64,000 bases of DNA from the sequence record NC_009760.1. One strand, given 5' to 3'. Under the pieces are notes generated by a model that saw only the letters and a program-made list of their open reading frames with translations, ran no database searches and was not told the origin of the DNA. This document shows positions 55,601 to 64,000 of this stretch, piece after piece (the first letter of the stretch is position 1; each line of letters opens with the position of its first letter). Position numbers and translations under genes: made by a program.

Positions 55601-58600
55601 TCAAGAAGTTCGTGTAGGCGGAGATGCTTACATCAAGCAAGCCTATGACGAAGTATATGATACTCGAATAGCGAATGCTTACGGTAATCCTGAACAAAGC
55701 GTTGTAACAAAACTAGGTAGCTTAACAGATACAGACTACAAAGGTGGTCGTGTCACAGATGAAGCTGAGATTATGGAACGCTCGAAGGCACAGCTATTAC
55801 GAGTAAAAGAAGAAGAGTTAACGATGGAGTACAAGGCAAACAAAATGAATACCTTCATCGAAGACCTGAAAACAAAAGGTGTATCCTTCAATCATATTGA
55901 TGATGTTAACACGATGCTTGATTTAGCGAAGGAACAAGGTATGGAACATATCGAGGCTACGGTTCGTGACCAACCTGCTTACATCTACAAAGGTGAGAAG
56001 GGCGATGTTATCGCTCACTTACTTCGTGATGATCGTCGTATTCAGTTAGTAAACTCCTCTGCTGGATTACAAGACAGCGTGCATGTGGACGATAAGTATC
56101 CAACAAAGTTATACGGCGGAGCGCAGATTCAATATGACTACGGTGATGGTGGTGTACCAGTTCGTCACCAATACACTTCTTACGATACGATTCAAGGTAG
56201 TGGTAAGTTTGCTCGTAGTTCCAATCCATCTGTTACGGTAGAAGGCTTCCAGCGATTCCTACGAGGTACAGATAAGATGACGTACCTTGATATAGAAACA
56301 ACAGGTTTATCGGGTTCTACTTTACCGGAAGAAGTTATTCAGCCTCTTGAGGTTCATATGCAGAAGGTTCAGTGGGATAGAAGAAACGGACGTTTATTAC
56401 AGAACGAGGATGGAGAGTTCGTGATTCGTCACGCTGGTCGTGAGACTGTTCGTGAGCAACAGCTTATCATGGGTCTGAAACCTGAGACAAAAGCATTCAT
56501 GGAAGATGTTATTGCGAACGAGGACTTCCGATTCACCGTTGGTGATAGAAGCTATGACCTGATTGATTACGAACATCACAAGGGTCGTATTAATGACTTA
56601 ATCAACAAGTCCGAAAATGCGGTAGACATTCGCAGACAAATCGTAGAGAAGCAAGATAAGTTATGGTTCCTACGTAACATTGCGAAGTATGCATTCCCTG
56701 ATACAGAAGATCATGGAGAGATTATGCGATACCAACAGTATGCAGGTAACATGGAACTTCCGAAGAGTGGTTCTGAGTTCCTGACTGTATTGCGAGAAGA
56801 TGTACAAAAGGCTGCTGATAACTTAGCGAGCGCAGGTACATCCGGTGGTGTGAAGTTCTCACCAGTGCAGGTTGGTACGACAGAAGAAGGTATGATTAAA
56901 CACGTATCTCGATTCGTCGGAAAAGGAATGCTTGCAGGTCAGAACGTAGCAGATGCCGATTGGAGTAAGTTCGTTAACATCTCAAATAAGTTAGTGCAGG
57001 AGGCGACGTTACCATTTAAGACAGCGCAGAAAGCGTTGATGGATGGTATCACAGATGTAGCCAACACACATGTACTGGATACACTTCGTGACATTCAATT
57101 AGCCGCGAACTTATCTGATGTAAATGGATTCGACAAAGCAACGAAAGCCTATATCGAACCAGTCATCAAACAGATGATGAAAGAAGATACAGGTTACAAG
57201 TCACTGAGCGACGTATTTGACGATATACGTAAAGCTAATAGCGAAGGTATGGGACATGAACGATTCACTGCTATGCTAGATTCTCTGCAAGCTGGCAAAG
57301 ATGTAGACGGATTCGATAGCAAGTTAACGATGAACCTACATCGTAGAATCGAAGACTTCGCTCACATTGATGATTTATATCAAAGTGCAAGTGAAGGAAA
57401 CTCTATGCCGAAGTGGGCGAAGAAGGGTAAACTTAACCACTTCAATGATGAGTCCACAAAAGAAATGCTAACAGGTATTGATAAGCTAGTTAAAGATGTG
57501 AATGTAACTGGTGACGAATTGCGACGTGTACAGAAGATACAAGCAGACTTACCACGACCTAAGATTGTAGAGCAAATGTACTTATACAATATGGTCAATC
57601 CAAATGCGGTAGGACGTAGTGCAGAAGCACAGTTCGAAGCAATGAATATAAAAGTAGATGATGCAACAGGTCTTCACTTGGCTCGTGCCGATGTTCGAAA
57701 CAACTTAAAGTTAATTGAACGATACGGACAAGAGTTAGGTTATGACCCTGACTTCATGTTCTTTGATACAACGCCACTACAAAAAGGTGATGTCGTTGAC
57801 CTACATACATCATTCGATGACCGTATTGCACGAGGCGTATACTCGGTAGACAGTATTGATAAAGCAAAGCATACAATGACATTCGGACGTACACTAGAAG
57901 ATGGTACAGAAGAGATGCATACGATATACGGGAAATCAAGTGCTGACCTTTCTCGTAAAGTAAACAACCACTTCGCTTTCATTGGTACAGGTGGTGACGC
58001 AGGTGCGACAGAGTTAGCTATTGACCGATTCACACAAGATAATGCAAGACGACAAGTGAATCGTGCGATGCGACATGCTGATGTATTTGATAAGTACAAC
58101 AATGAGATTGATGAACTGGTTGAGAATAACAAACTGACGCACGACCCTCTTCGTAAGATGCAAGCTATTTATGAAGAAGCACAGGATAAAGTAAATCCTG
58201 AATATGGCCCAGCGATGCATCCAAAAGATTTATCACTAGCAGAGCAAGTCGCCCTGCATAAAGATAACGTCAACTTCTTTGAAGGTACGGCGGTGCAAGA
58301 AGCATTAGATGAAACAGCATCGAATACAAAGCGTCTTGCCTTTGATAAGACGGAAGACTGGATGTTATCACCTGAGGGTAGACAGCGTTATACTTTCTTA
58401 GATGAGGTTCGCTCAATGGAAGCAGCCGGAGCATTGGATCCGAAGATGAGTAATACACTTGTGAAACAATGGAACGATGCGATTAAAGAAGAGGGATTAA
58501 GACGAGGAGCAAAACACTCTGTCTTCAACCGTGCGAATCTTGGTACACTCGATAACCGATTCGGATATATGAATGGTCGTCAGTTTGTATTAGATACATC

Positions 58601-60236
58601 TGATCCATCTCGTATCTCGAACGGATTATGGAGAATGGCAGAAGGGTTAAAAGGATTAACAAACGAACCGGATGAAGTAAAGGCAAAAGCGAAGGCTCTT
58701 AATTCCCTTGTACTTCCGTTCTTACAGGAACAAGGATTCATTAAAGAGTTTGACCAAGCGTCACCTCCGGGAATGGTCAGCGTTGTAAATCAGCTTATGA
58801 AGAATAAACATAACCTTCCGGCTTATGAAGACTATGACCCAATCGTAAGTGCTGAAATGAGTAAGAGTGATATGGGATACCAAAAGTTCTTACAAGATAA
58901 GCATGATGAAATCCTTGAACCACACCGTCAATCGTTAACGACTCTGCAACGTAGTAAGCAACAAGTGTATCAAAGTCAGTTATCGGAGTTACGTGAACAA
59001 GGACTCTATGATCCACGGCTGACAGTTGAGCCACGCATTAGTGGATTCGATTTAGATACAATGCGCTTTGGTCGTAACGGCAGTGTATCAACTATGCAAG
59101 CAGATGAACTAGGACGATTGCTACAAGTGATTGACCCAAGAACAAGTGCTGATGCAGTTGACGCACGTAATACCATTGCTGGTGAATTATTTAACCGTGC
59201 GATTGGTGATGGACGTTTCAATATCCAAGACGTTATCGACGCTGGTGAGAGCGACAGACTTGCAGCAATGCGTGCCTTAAACTGGGTGACACCTGATAAC
59301 CAAGTGAACACGAACGTTGCCACTCACTTAGTCGGTGAGCCGGGCATTCATGCAAGTGAACCTCTTGGTATGCAAAGTGTTCAGATGTTAGATAAGATTG
59401 CTGAACAAGATGTCGGAAAGTATACTAGAGATAACGGATATAGTTCTTACCAAGATAAGATTCGTAACTGGAAAGGATACGAAGATACGGATGGTAAATG
59501 GGTAGGTGCGTATGATACAAGCGGTAACCGTCTTGAATATCCGGGTCGATTCCCTGAGGCTCCCGACAATGAATCACGAAGAGTATCCACCTTCGATCCG
59601 AAGGAAGCATCTCGTGCTTCGAATGAACAGATTAAAGCTGATGGACAAGGACGACGCACGCAAACACCAACGCCGGGTGAGGGCGGTCAGAATGCTCTAC
59701 GTTACTACCGTACAGAGAACCTTGACCCGAATACCAATTACCAACACAGCAATGCGATTAGTGAAGCCCTGCATTCTGCAAAAGAGAAAGCTACTAATCT
59801 AGCATCTGAAATGTGGCACGGCACACCGGGTAAAGCAATGAAGTGGATGGCCGGTATCGGTGCTGCTGCTTTTGCGGTGAACCAGTTTATGAATGCCGCT
59901 TCTCCTGTTCAGTTGCAACGTAAACCTATGGGTCACGGCGTTGAAGGTGCAACAGGTCAAGCGAACGACGGATTAAATCAACAGCAGAACCAACCTGCTA
60001 CTGGCGGTAAAACATACGTCAATAGCGGAGAGAGTCAACCACCTGCTGGTTATGAAGTGAATGTAAAAGGTACGGCTAAAGGAGATGTCGATTACAATGC
60101 GATGCAGGAGAAGGTTAATCAGACCATCGGTAACTTCAACGCTAACATCTCGGATGACCGTTCTACATTCAACCGTTCATGGCTAGAGAAACAGTTCGGT
60201 GACTACATTGATAGAGGATACGTGGGGCAGGAATAA
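52623..60236 (+). CDS. Tape measure protein candidate (2537 aa) with insertion-split DEDDh exonuclease domain
   Basis: Longest ORF, helical, directly before the hub gene. YLDIETTGL, AGQNVADAD, VLDTL and HLARAD motifs. Confidence 0.75.
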   Translation: MMNNYNENYAREIFFNRMMYFINEIKTGMVKDGVQNPAAEQQLLTQAHNVIQAQTMADTNYKFQLNNIYALTRNSDPVTLGNTMANNIKDLGYLPDSMKRVAERQAVSFTEELNSFMSGLQSRGLTNTSTSVVKANSMLTNTETFIRHDLYQSVEDIGIIGRRIHDQNFYHDNVFAQVNEAIFQYTQGADAVDQQGRKVGFSDLERSYRDYLMTQSITAQEMDRWGVIGYTDDKINKVLANIDHDPASFRIFAHDLQQGVNQYTRLIKGDRQQLNGVRQILKDAEAQKKPLVEVIEKSYANTKIGQEVLKKVRASGNKTDDYVRNMMRNFMMMKGNMEVPVVLASSVTDQTQRMVDAIGGAMKEMNNPKNPDYALYQKYRGIKGEHTKFMNELYTIRKEANVEGSLYINNQESLSHRANSMNMNEDTNVAYKKETLPDVNGEDRPRLNGEKRSTLPSQSNEYVSRTYDTKMGSVIHIDEANNTYYESNRLAMILDANDEAERKHKRAIEEQLAEGRERPQQPMNRFRNIFAQYFVETGSEEAKRLAGKAEADLSVVFNKDKYDPSMRNVISEATFNDIKERIANKEVSYENFSITRYQAKDRNQRSVDKWESALENNESIRMKGSEVGHRIVPNKDGRAVSSDGYVTLEREHELVENARIKMKVEQENVQDLLDQMDERRRRAKVTEEASRKVVEEIQDDAFINIRYKQEAVSEDLKNRSEFLYERLSNTDKYLQDNDLTKYGIKEANVRAIDIANEFNVYRKNLTELDPEGIEHRKSLPKFLLRMAESHAPWMMDDTSELVSHSEVALREVLNRMANGQQTIDLTDEGLLKEFDVYAERDAMGQLTQRAEKQRNQFIENLAGRNISQRLEDNLFLKVLGEMVQQNFQDKGTNGGVESLIRAAADMAEQNDRRGIAHDIHSMIKSPTMEFLFKEHGYYAQARSLTPDQIGRIIREREMTEASMVSFERLIQNDVDFSTADEIWSQRGINPMEGQEVRVGGDAYIKQAYDEVYDTRIANAYGNPEQSVVTKLGSLTDTDYKGGRVTDEAEIMERSKAQLLRVKEEELTMEYKANKMNTFIEDLKTKGVSFNHIDDVNTMLDLAKEQGMEHIEATVRDQPAYIYKGEKGDVIAHLLRDDRRIQLVNSSAGLQDSVHVDDKYPTKLYGGAQIQYDYGDGGVPVRHQYTSYDTIQGSGKFARSSNPSVTVEGFQRFLRGTDKMTYLDIETTGLSGSTLPEEVIQPLEVHMQKVQWDRRNGRLLQNEDGEFVIRHAGRETVREQQLIMGLKPETKAFMEDVIANEDFRFTVGDRSYDLIDYEHHKGRINDLINKSENAVDIRRQIVEKQDKLWFLRNIAKYAFPDTEDHGEIMRYQQYAGNMELPKSGSEFLTVLREDVQKAADNLASAGTSGGVKFSPVQVGTTEEGMIKHVSRFVGKGMLAGQNVADADWSKFVNISNKLVQEATLPFKTAQKALMDGITDVANTHVLDTLRDIQLAANLSDVNGFDKATKAYIEPVIKQMMKEDTGYKSLSDVFDDIRKANSEGMGHERFTAMLDSLQAGKDVDGFDSKLTMNLHRRIEDFAHIDDLYQSASEGNSMPKWAKKGKLNHFNDESTKEMLTGIDKLVKDVNVTGDELRRVQKIQADLPRPKIVEQMYLYNMVNPNAVGRSAEAQFEAMNIKVDDATGLHLARADVRNNLKLIERYGQELGYDPDFMFFDTTPLQKGDVVDLHTSFDDRIARGVYSVDSIDKAKHTMTFGRTLEDGTEEMHTIYGKSSADLSRKVNNHFAFIGTGGDAGATELAIDRFTQDNARRQVNRAMRHADVFDKYNNEIDELVENNKLTHDPLRKMQAIYEEAQDKVNPEYGPAMHPKDLSLAEQVALHKDNVNFFEGTAVQEALDETASNTKRLAFDKTEDWMLSPEGRQRYTFLDEVRSMEAAGALDPKMSNTLVKQWNDAIKEEGLRRGAKHSVFNRANLGTLDNRFGYMNGRQFVLDTSDPSRISNGLWRMAEGLKGLTNEPDEVKAKAKALNSLVLPFLQEQGFIKEFDQASPPGMVSVVNQLMKNKHNLPAYEDYDPIVSAEMSKSDMGYQKFLQDKHDEILEPHRQSLTTLQRSKQQVYQSQLSELREQGLYDPRLTVEPRISGFDLDTMRFGRNGSVSTMQADELGRLLQVIDPRTSADAVDARNTIAGELFNRAIGDGRFNIQDVIDAGESDRLAAMRALNWVTPDNQVNTNVATHLVGEPGIHASEPLGMQSVQMLDKIAEQDVGKYTRDNGYSSYQDKIRNWKGYEDTDGKWVGAYDTSGNRLEYPGRFPEAPDNESRRVSTFDPKEASRASNEQIKADGQGRRTQTPTPGEGGQNALRYYRTENLDPNTNYQHSNAISEALHSAKEKATNLASEMWHGTPGKAMKWMAGIGAAAFAVNQFMNAASPVQLQRKPMGHGVEGATGQANDGLNQQQNQPATGGKTYVNSGESQPPAGYEVNVKGTAKGDVDYNAMQEKVNQTIGNFNANISDDRSTFNRSWLEKQFGDYIDRGYVGQE

Positions 60237-60267
60237 ACTGCCCCTATCTATAAAAGAGGTGAGGAAT

Positions 60268-63200
60268 ATGGCATTAGCAACATCGGCTAATTATCATGGC
60301 CCCGAAAGTAATAGTTACCAAACCGGTTTCCGGGCAAAGCTCGCCGGTACAGATAAATATAATGCACTAATTGAAAAAGTAGCGGCAGAGACAGGATGTA
60401 ACCCACTACTGATGAAAGTTCTGATGGCTATGGAATCGGGCGGACAGATGCTTGGAACAAACAGTCTCGGATACTTCGGTCTGATGCAGACGAACTACAA
60501 ACGATTCAGTAAAGAACTTGGTGCAGCCTATCGAACTGACCCGTACCTACAAATCAAATCGGGTGCGATCGAGTTAATCGAGAAGAAAGATTACATCATG
60601 GGTGTAATCAAACGTGGTAACGGTAAAGGCCCGAAAGAAAAATGGACAGAAGAAATCTTCCAAACAGCATGGGCTTACAATGGATATACAATCAACGCAA
60701 GTTCTAAGATGATGGATGGATATAGATATGCACAAACCTTCCAAGCTGTATACGAAGGTATGGGCGGTAGCATGGCTGATAAAGTTTCGTCTGGTCAGAT
60801 GGGCGGAGGCACTGGAACTGGCGGTGGTGGCGGTACTGGTGGAGAAGTAGCCAAGCCAAAGTATGACGGCGGTGCGCCGGACTGGAAAGGTGGAGGCGAA
60901 CGAGGTATCGGCGGAACAGGGCCGGGAACAAGTACGAAGATGGATGACTATGAGAAGAATGATCCGAACAGCGCAATGTTCATCGGTATGTCACCTGAGG
61001 TAGAAGAGGATGATTATCCGAAGCATCGTTATGCAGGGAATCCATTCGTTCTTCGTATTGGTGATAGTCAGTTCTTTATTCCGCCAACGTCCATTAAAAC
61101 AGATAAAACGTCGAGTATCGCAGAGCAACATATACTGCGTGCGAAGACACCTATCATGACGAAATCCGGTTACACTTTACATACGCTTTCGATTCAGATG
61201 TACTTCTTCGGTGAAGAACAAATCAATGGATACCCAATAGAGGGGCCGGGCGGGAAGACGTATTATATGGATGGTCTTCGTCCTTTACTAGCGCAGTTCT
61301 ATAAGAATCCATTCTTACCGATTCGAAATGAGTTAATCAATAACCAGCACAACATTTATAACGTTGCCTTGCAGGACATTTCTTACACAGTTGACCCTGA
61401 CTTCTCGGACGCAATTGTCGTAAATCTAACACTGATTGAATGTTGCGTGGAACCATACATCAACTACCCTGAGTTTGTATACGATAGAATCTTTGTCTAT
61501 CCGTTATTCCGTTGGTGGTATCAACAACAGATGCTCGGCAAAGAGACAGAGCGTTATTCGGGTACATGGCTAAAGCCTGTTAACAAACATCTAAACGGGA
61601 AAGCATTCTTTAAAGTATTAGACCGTGACCTCATTGAACAAATGAAGGACGATGTAATGAAGAAGAATGACGGGAAGACAACGAAGGATGGTCAAACGAT
61701 TAATCCGGAGTACGCACTTGCTCGCATGAAGATCGGCGACATACGAAAACTGATGGTCGAATGGGAGACTGGGGATGCGGTACTTACAAACGTCACGGTA
61801 TCCGTTGGTAAAAACTTAACACCAATGTATATGGACGATTATGAGAAACCATTGTTCCAAGACTTAGGCGGAATGGTACGTGGCTTTACGCTAGAGTATT
61901 ATTGTACAAACCGTGGAGAGTTAGAATCCTTCCAAGCACTTGCGTCACACTTAGAAGAGTTAAGCCGTGACTATCGTTTCCGATTCGTATCGGGTTACCT
62001 TGCGATTGATAATGAACTGATTAACTTAGCCGGGATCCAAAACGCTATGATAACAAATATCCAAACAAGTACCGTTGAAGGTATGTCGGATAACTATATC
62101 GTTCGTATCACATGTCGTGAGTTTAATGCGAACCAAAAGAATGAGGAGCGCTTAAACGGTATCAACTACACAATGAAAGAATCCCTAAACAAATACGGAT
62201 TCGTAGATGCGATACCAACGAAGACAAACCGTAAGAGCGAGATTGCATACGAAGCAGAGGTTATGAAAATCCTAAACGACTTAGAGCTATATCCTGACCT
62301 TGAGTTACCTACATTCGAAGTAGCGAACAAAGCGGTAGCAGAAATCAATGCGTACCGTGAGAAGAGAGGTCAATCGAAGTTACCATACGATAAGCTCAAA
62401 CAACCTGACAATGCGACGTGGTGTGACCCTGACTTCTATATGGCATATCCATCTACGAAGCAAGCCTATTCTCATATGCAGTTAGGAGATATGGGTGACA
62501 AGATTATCAACCAACTTCGTAACGGATCCTATGATGAAATTAAAAACATGAGTAACGACGAAGGCTTTTGGAAAACAGCAGATGACATTCAGCAGTTATT
62601 CACAAAAGGTGTTGTCGATAATTCATGGGATGCAGATGCAGACGGAAAACGTAAGTTACTCAAGAGTTCATCTGTCACATTTGAGAATGCCACAAAAGAC
62701 TTCTTAGTGGATGCAGGACAAAGCTGGGGCGATGACAATAGTATTCCGGAAGACAAACAACTTGTTGAGATGATGACACATGACATGCTTAAATACAGTC
62801 ACCGTGGTCGTATGACTCGTGCCTTCCCTTCTTACATGCTACTATTCGTAGATGAAGGACAATGGGTAGACGGCAAGCGATTATGGAATAACTATTATAC
62901 CTATCATGCGATTCAGCAGATGGATATTATATCGGATAAAGAGAATCCAGTTGACCTTGCGTTTGTTACTTTATCAAACGTATACGGTACATTCGACTTC
63001 CAAGCGAAGATGAGTGACCCACGTAAGTATGCAAAAGAACCAATTGGATTACCGGGTCGTATCGGTGCATTAATCGACGACTTTAGTTTCACCGTTACCG
63101 CTAAAGTAATGGCAGAACGCTCGCAGTTAATGGAGCAAGTGAAACTGCGTGAAGGCGCACGAGTACATATGCGAATGGGTTATAGTGCAACAGCAGGTAA

Positions 63201-64000
63201 TATGCCGATTGTATTTAACGGTAAGATTGCTTCTGTTAATGAAGGGGAAGTTATTCAGATGCTATGTCAAGGCGACGGCGCAGAACTGATTAACCAATAC
63301 TACAGCACAGATCCAAAAGGTGATACGCCAAATGAACCGCACAATACATTCCAAGAGATGCTAACGAAACGTACAAGTAACTACTGGTTCACTGTATCAG
63401 AGGACTGGGAATTCGGTGACAACTATCTAAGTTACTACGGCATTGAACACTTTGGATTCGTAGAGAGTGAAGCAGGTGGTTTCTGGAAAGGTCTAGGCAA
63501 GAACTTCGAAATCCTAAAGAGCTTCCTAACGGACTCTGTACCGTTCTCTGCTTACGACATTATGAAGAACATCTATAAGGGTTCGAACTCACCAGTAACA
63601 GGACAGGAGACAGGATGGAGTCCATTTGACGGCGAGAAGAATATTAACATCGCTGCTTACAATAAGACGCCGTGGGATATTGGACAGATACTATCTATGT
63701 TCGTTCCGGAATTTATCTGCGCCCCTCATCATCACGGATTCCGTAGTACCTTGTTCTTCGGTATGCCACACTGGCCTGTGAAATATGAATACATTTTAAA
63801 AGACGGCAAAGAAGGAAACAGCTACACGGATTATCAAGAGAAGGTAAAACCATTCCAGCAGTTCCATATGATTACGTCGGGTAATGATATTATCGCCAAC
63901 AAAATACAGGCAAGCAGTGAGAAGTTAAAACACATTGCAGTCGGTATGTATAAGATGGGTAGCGGGCAAGATGCTGCTGAGTCCTATACAGTATGGGCGG
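60268..64000 (+). CDS. Virion lytic transglycosylase fused to baseplate hub-like protein (partial, more than 1244 aa; not in ORF track)
   Basis: GAGGTGAGG RBS before ATG 60268. In frame at the start and at the window end. SLT motifs MAMES (E56), GLMQ and AYN, and later GARVHMRMGY...VFNGKI (gp27/gpD-like hub pattern). Confidence 0.85.
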   Translation, partial: MALATSANYHGPESNSYQTGFRAKLAGTDKYNALIEKVAAETGCNPLLMKVLMAMESGGQMLGTNSLGYFGLMQTNYKRFSKELGAAYRTDPYLQIKSGAIELIEKKDYIMGVIKRGNGKGPKEKWTEEIFQTAWAYNGYTINASSKMMDGYRYAQTFQAVYEGMGGSMADKVSSGQMGGGTGTGGGGGTGGEVAKPKYDGGAPDWKGGGERGIGGTGPGTSTKMDDYEKNDPNSAMFIGMSPEVEEDDYPKHRYAGNPFVLRIGDSQFFIPPTSIKTDKTSSIAEQHILRAKTPIMTKSGYTLHTLSIQMYFFGEEQINGYPIEGPGGKTYYMDGLRPLLAQFYKNPFLPIRNELINNQHNIYNVALQDISYTVDPDFSDAIVVNLTLIECCVEPYINYPEFVYDRIFVYPLFRWWYQQQMLGKETERYSGTWLKPVNKHLNGKAFFKVLDRDLIEQMKDDVMKKNDGKTTKDGQTINPEYALARMKIGDIRKLMVEWETGDAVLTNVTVSVGKNLTPMYMDDYEKPLFQDLGGMVRGFTLEYYCTNRGELESFQALASHLEELSRDYRFRFVSGYLAIDNELINLAGIQNAMITNIQTSTVEGMSDNYIVRITCREFNANQKNEERLNGINYTMKESLNKYGFVDAIPTKTNRKSEIAYEAEVMKILNDLELYPDLELPTFEVANKAVAEINAYREKRGQSKLPYDKLKQPDNATWCDPDFYMAYPSTKQAYSHMQLGDMGDKIINQLRNGSYDEIKNMSNDEGFWKTADDIQQLFTKGVVDNSWDADADGKRKLLKSSSVTFENATKDFLVDAGQSWGDDNSIPEDKQLVEMMTHDMLKYSHRGRMTRAFPSYMLLFVDEGQWVDGKRLWNNYYTYHAIQQMDIISDKENPVDLAFVTLSNVYGTFDFQAKMSDPRKYAKEPIGLPGRIGALIDDFSFTVTAKVMAERSQLMEQVKLREGARVHMRMGYSATAGNMPIVFNGKIASVNEGEVIQMLCQGDGAELINQYYSTDPKGDTPNEPHNTFQEMLTKRTSNYWFTVSEDWEFGDNYLSYYGIEHFGFVESEAGGFWKGLGKNFEILKSFLTDSVPFSAYDIMKNIYKGSNSPVTGQETGWSPFDGEKNINIAAYNKTPWDIGQILSMFVPEFICAPHHHGFRSTLFFGMPHWPVKYEYILKDGKEGNSYTDYQEKVKPFQQFHMITSGNDIIANKIQASSEKLKHIAVGMYKMGSGQDAAESYTVWA

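Noticed and set aside
60340-60750. Transglycosylase as the missing endolysin
   Set aside because: It is the N-terminus of a very large hub-type structural protein, so it is virion-associated.
1-64000. CRISPR array, tRNA genes, integrase, IS elements, homing endonucleases or diversity-generating retroelement
   Set aside because: No spaced direct repeats, cloverleafs or recombinase, transposase, HNH, GIY-YIG or reverse transcriptase motifs seen by eye or in the ORF track.

Overview
This window is the left part of a large lytic Bacillus-type myovirus genome. No integrase, tRNA, rRNA or CRISPR array was seen. Gene order and sizes match what I recall of Bacillus thuringiensis phage 0305phi8-36 (about 219 kb, 6,479-bp terminal repeat). 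This identification is from memory and needs a BLASTN check. By gene counting, terminase would be gp117, portal gp122, protease gp123, major capsid gp125, sheath gp139, tube gp140, the two giant proteins gp145/gp146 and the hub gp147. Layout: (1) 1 to ~6400 is a leftward, probably early module. It holds a HExxH metalloprotease, coiled-coil proteins, a non-canonical poly(A)-polymerase/CCA-family nucleotidyltransferase, a ~700-nt ORF-free and hairpin-dense stretch (candidate large ncRNA) and a Cys/His-rich protein. (2) From 6671 onward everything runs rightward: an HTH-Zn protein, a candidate small terminase, four Gly/Ala-rich proteins, large terminase, holin, portal, protease with nested scaffold, decoration protein, major capsid, Ig/FN3 and fibre proteins, neck, two sheath paralogs, three tube paralogs, two chaperone paralogs, two giant proteins (1930 and 2537 aa) and a lytic transglycosylase/baseplate-hub protein that runs off the window. 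The best candidates for undescribed biology are the nucleotidyltransferase-ncRNA cassette and the nuclease domains hidden in the two tape-measure-position giants (PD-(D/E)XK, a degenerate SNase and an insertion-split DEDDh). All domain calls come from reading motifs by eye, with no HMM searches. Several starts were moved from the ORF track to fit ribosome-binding sites.
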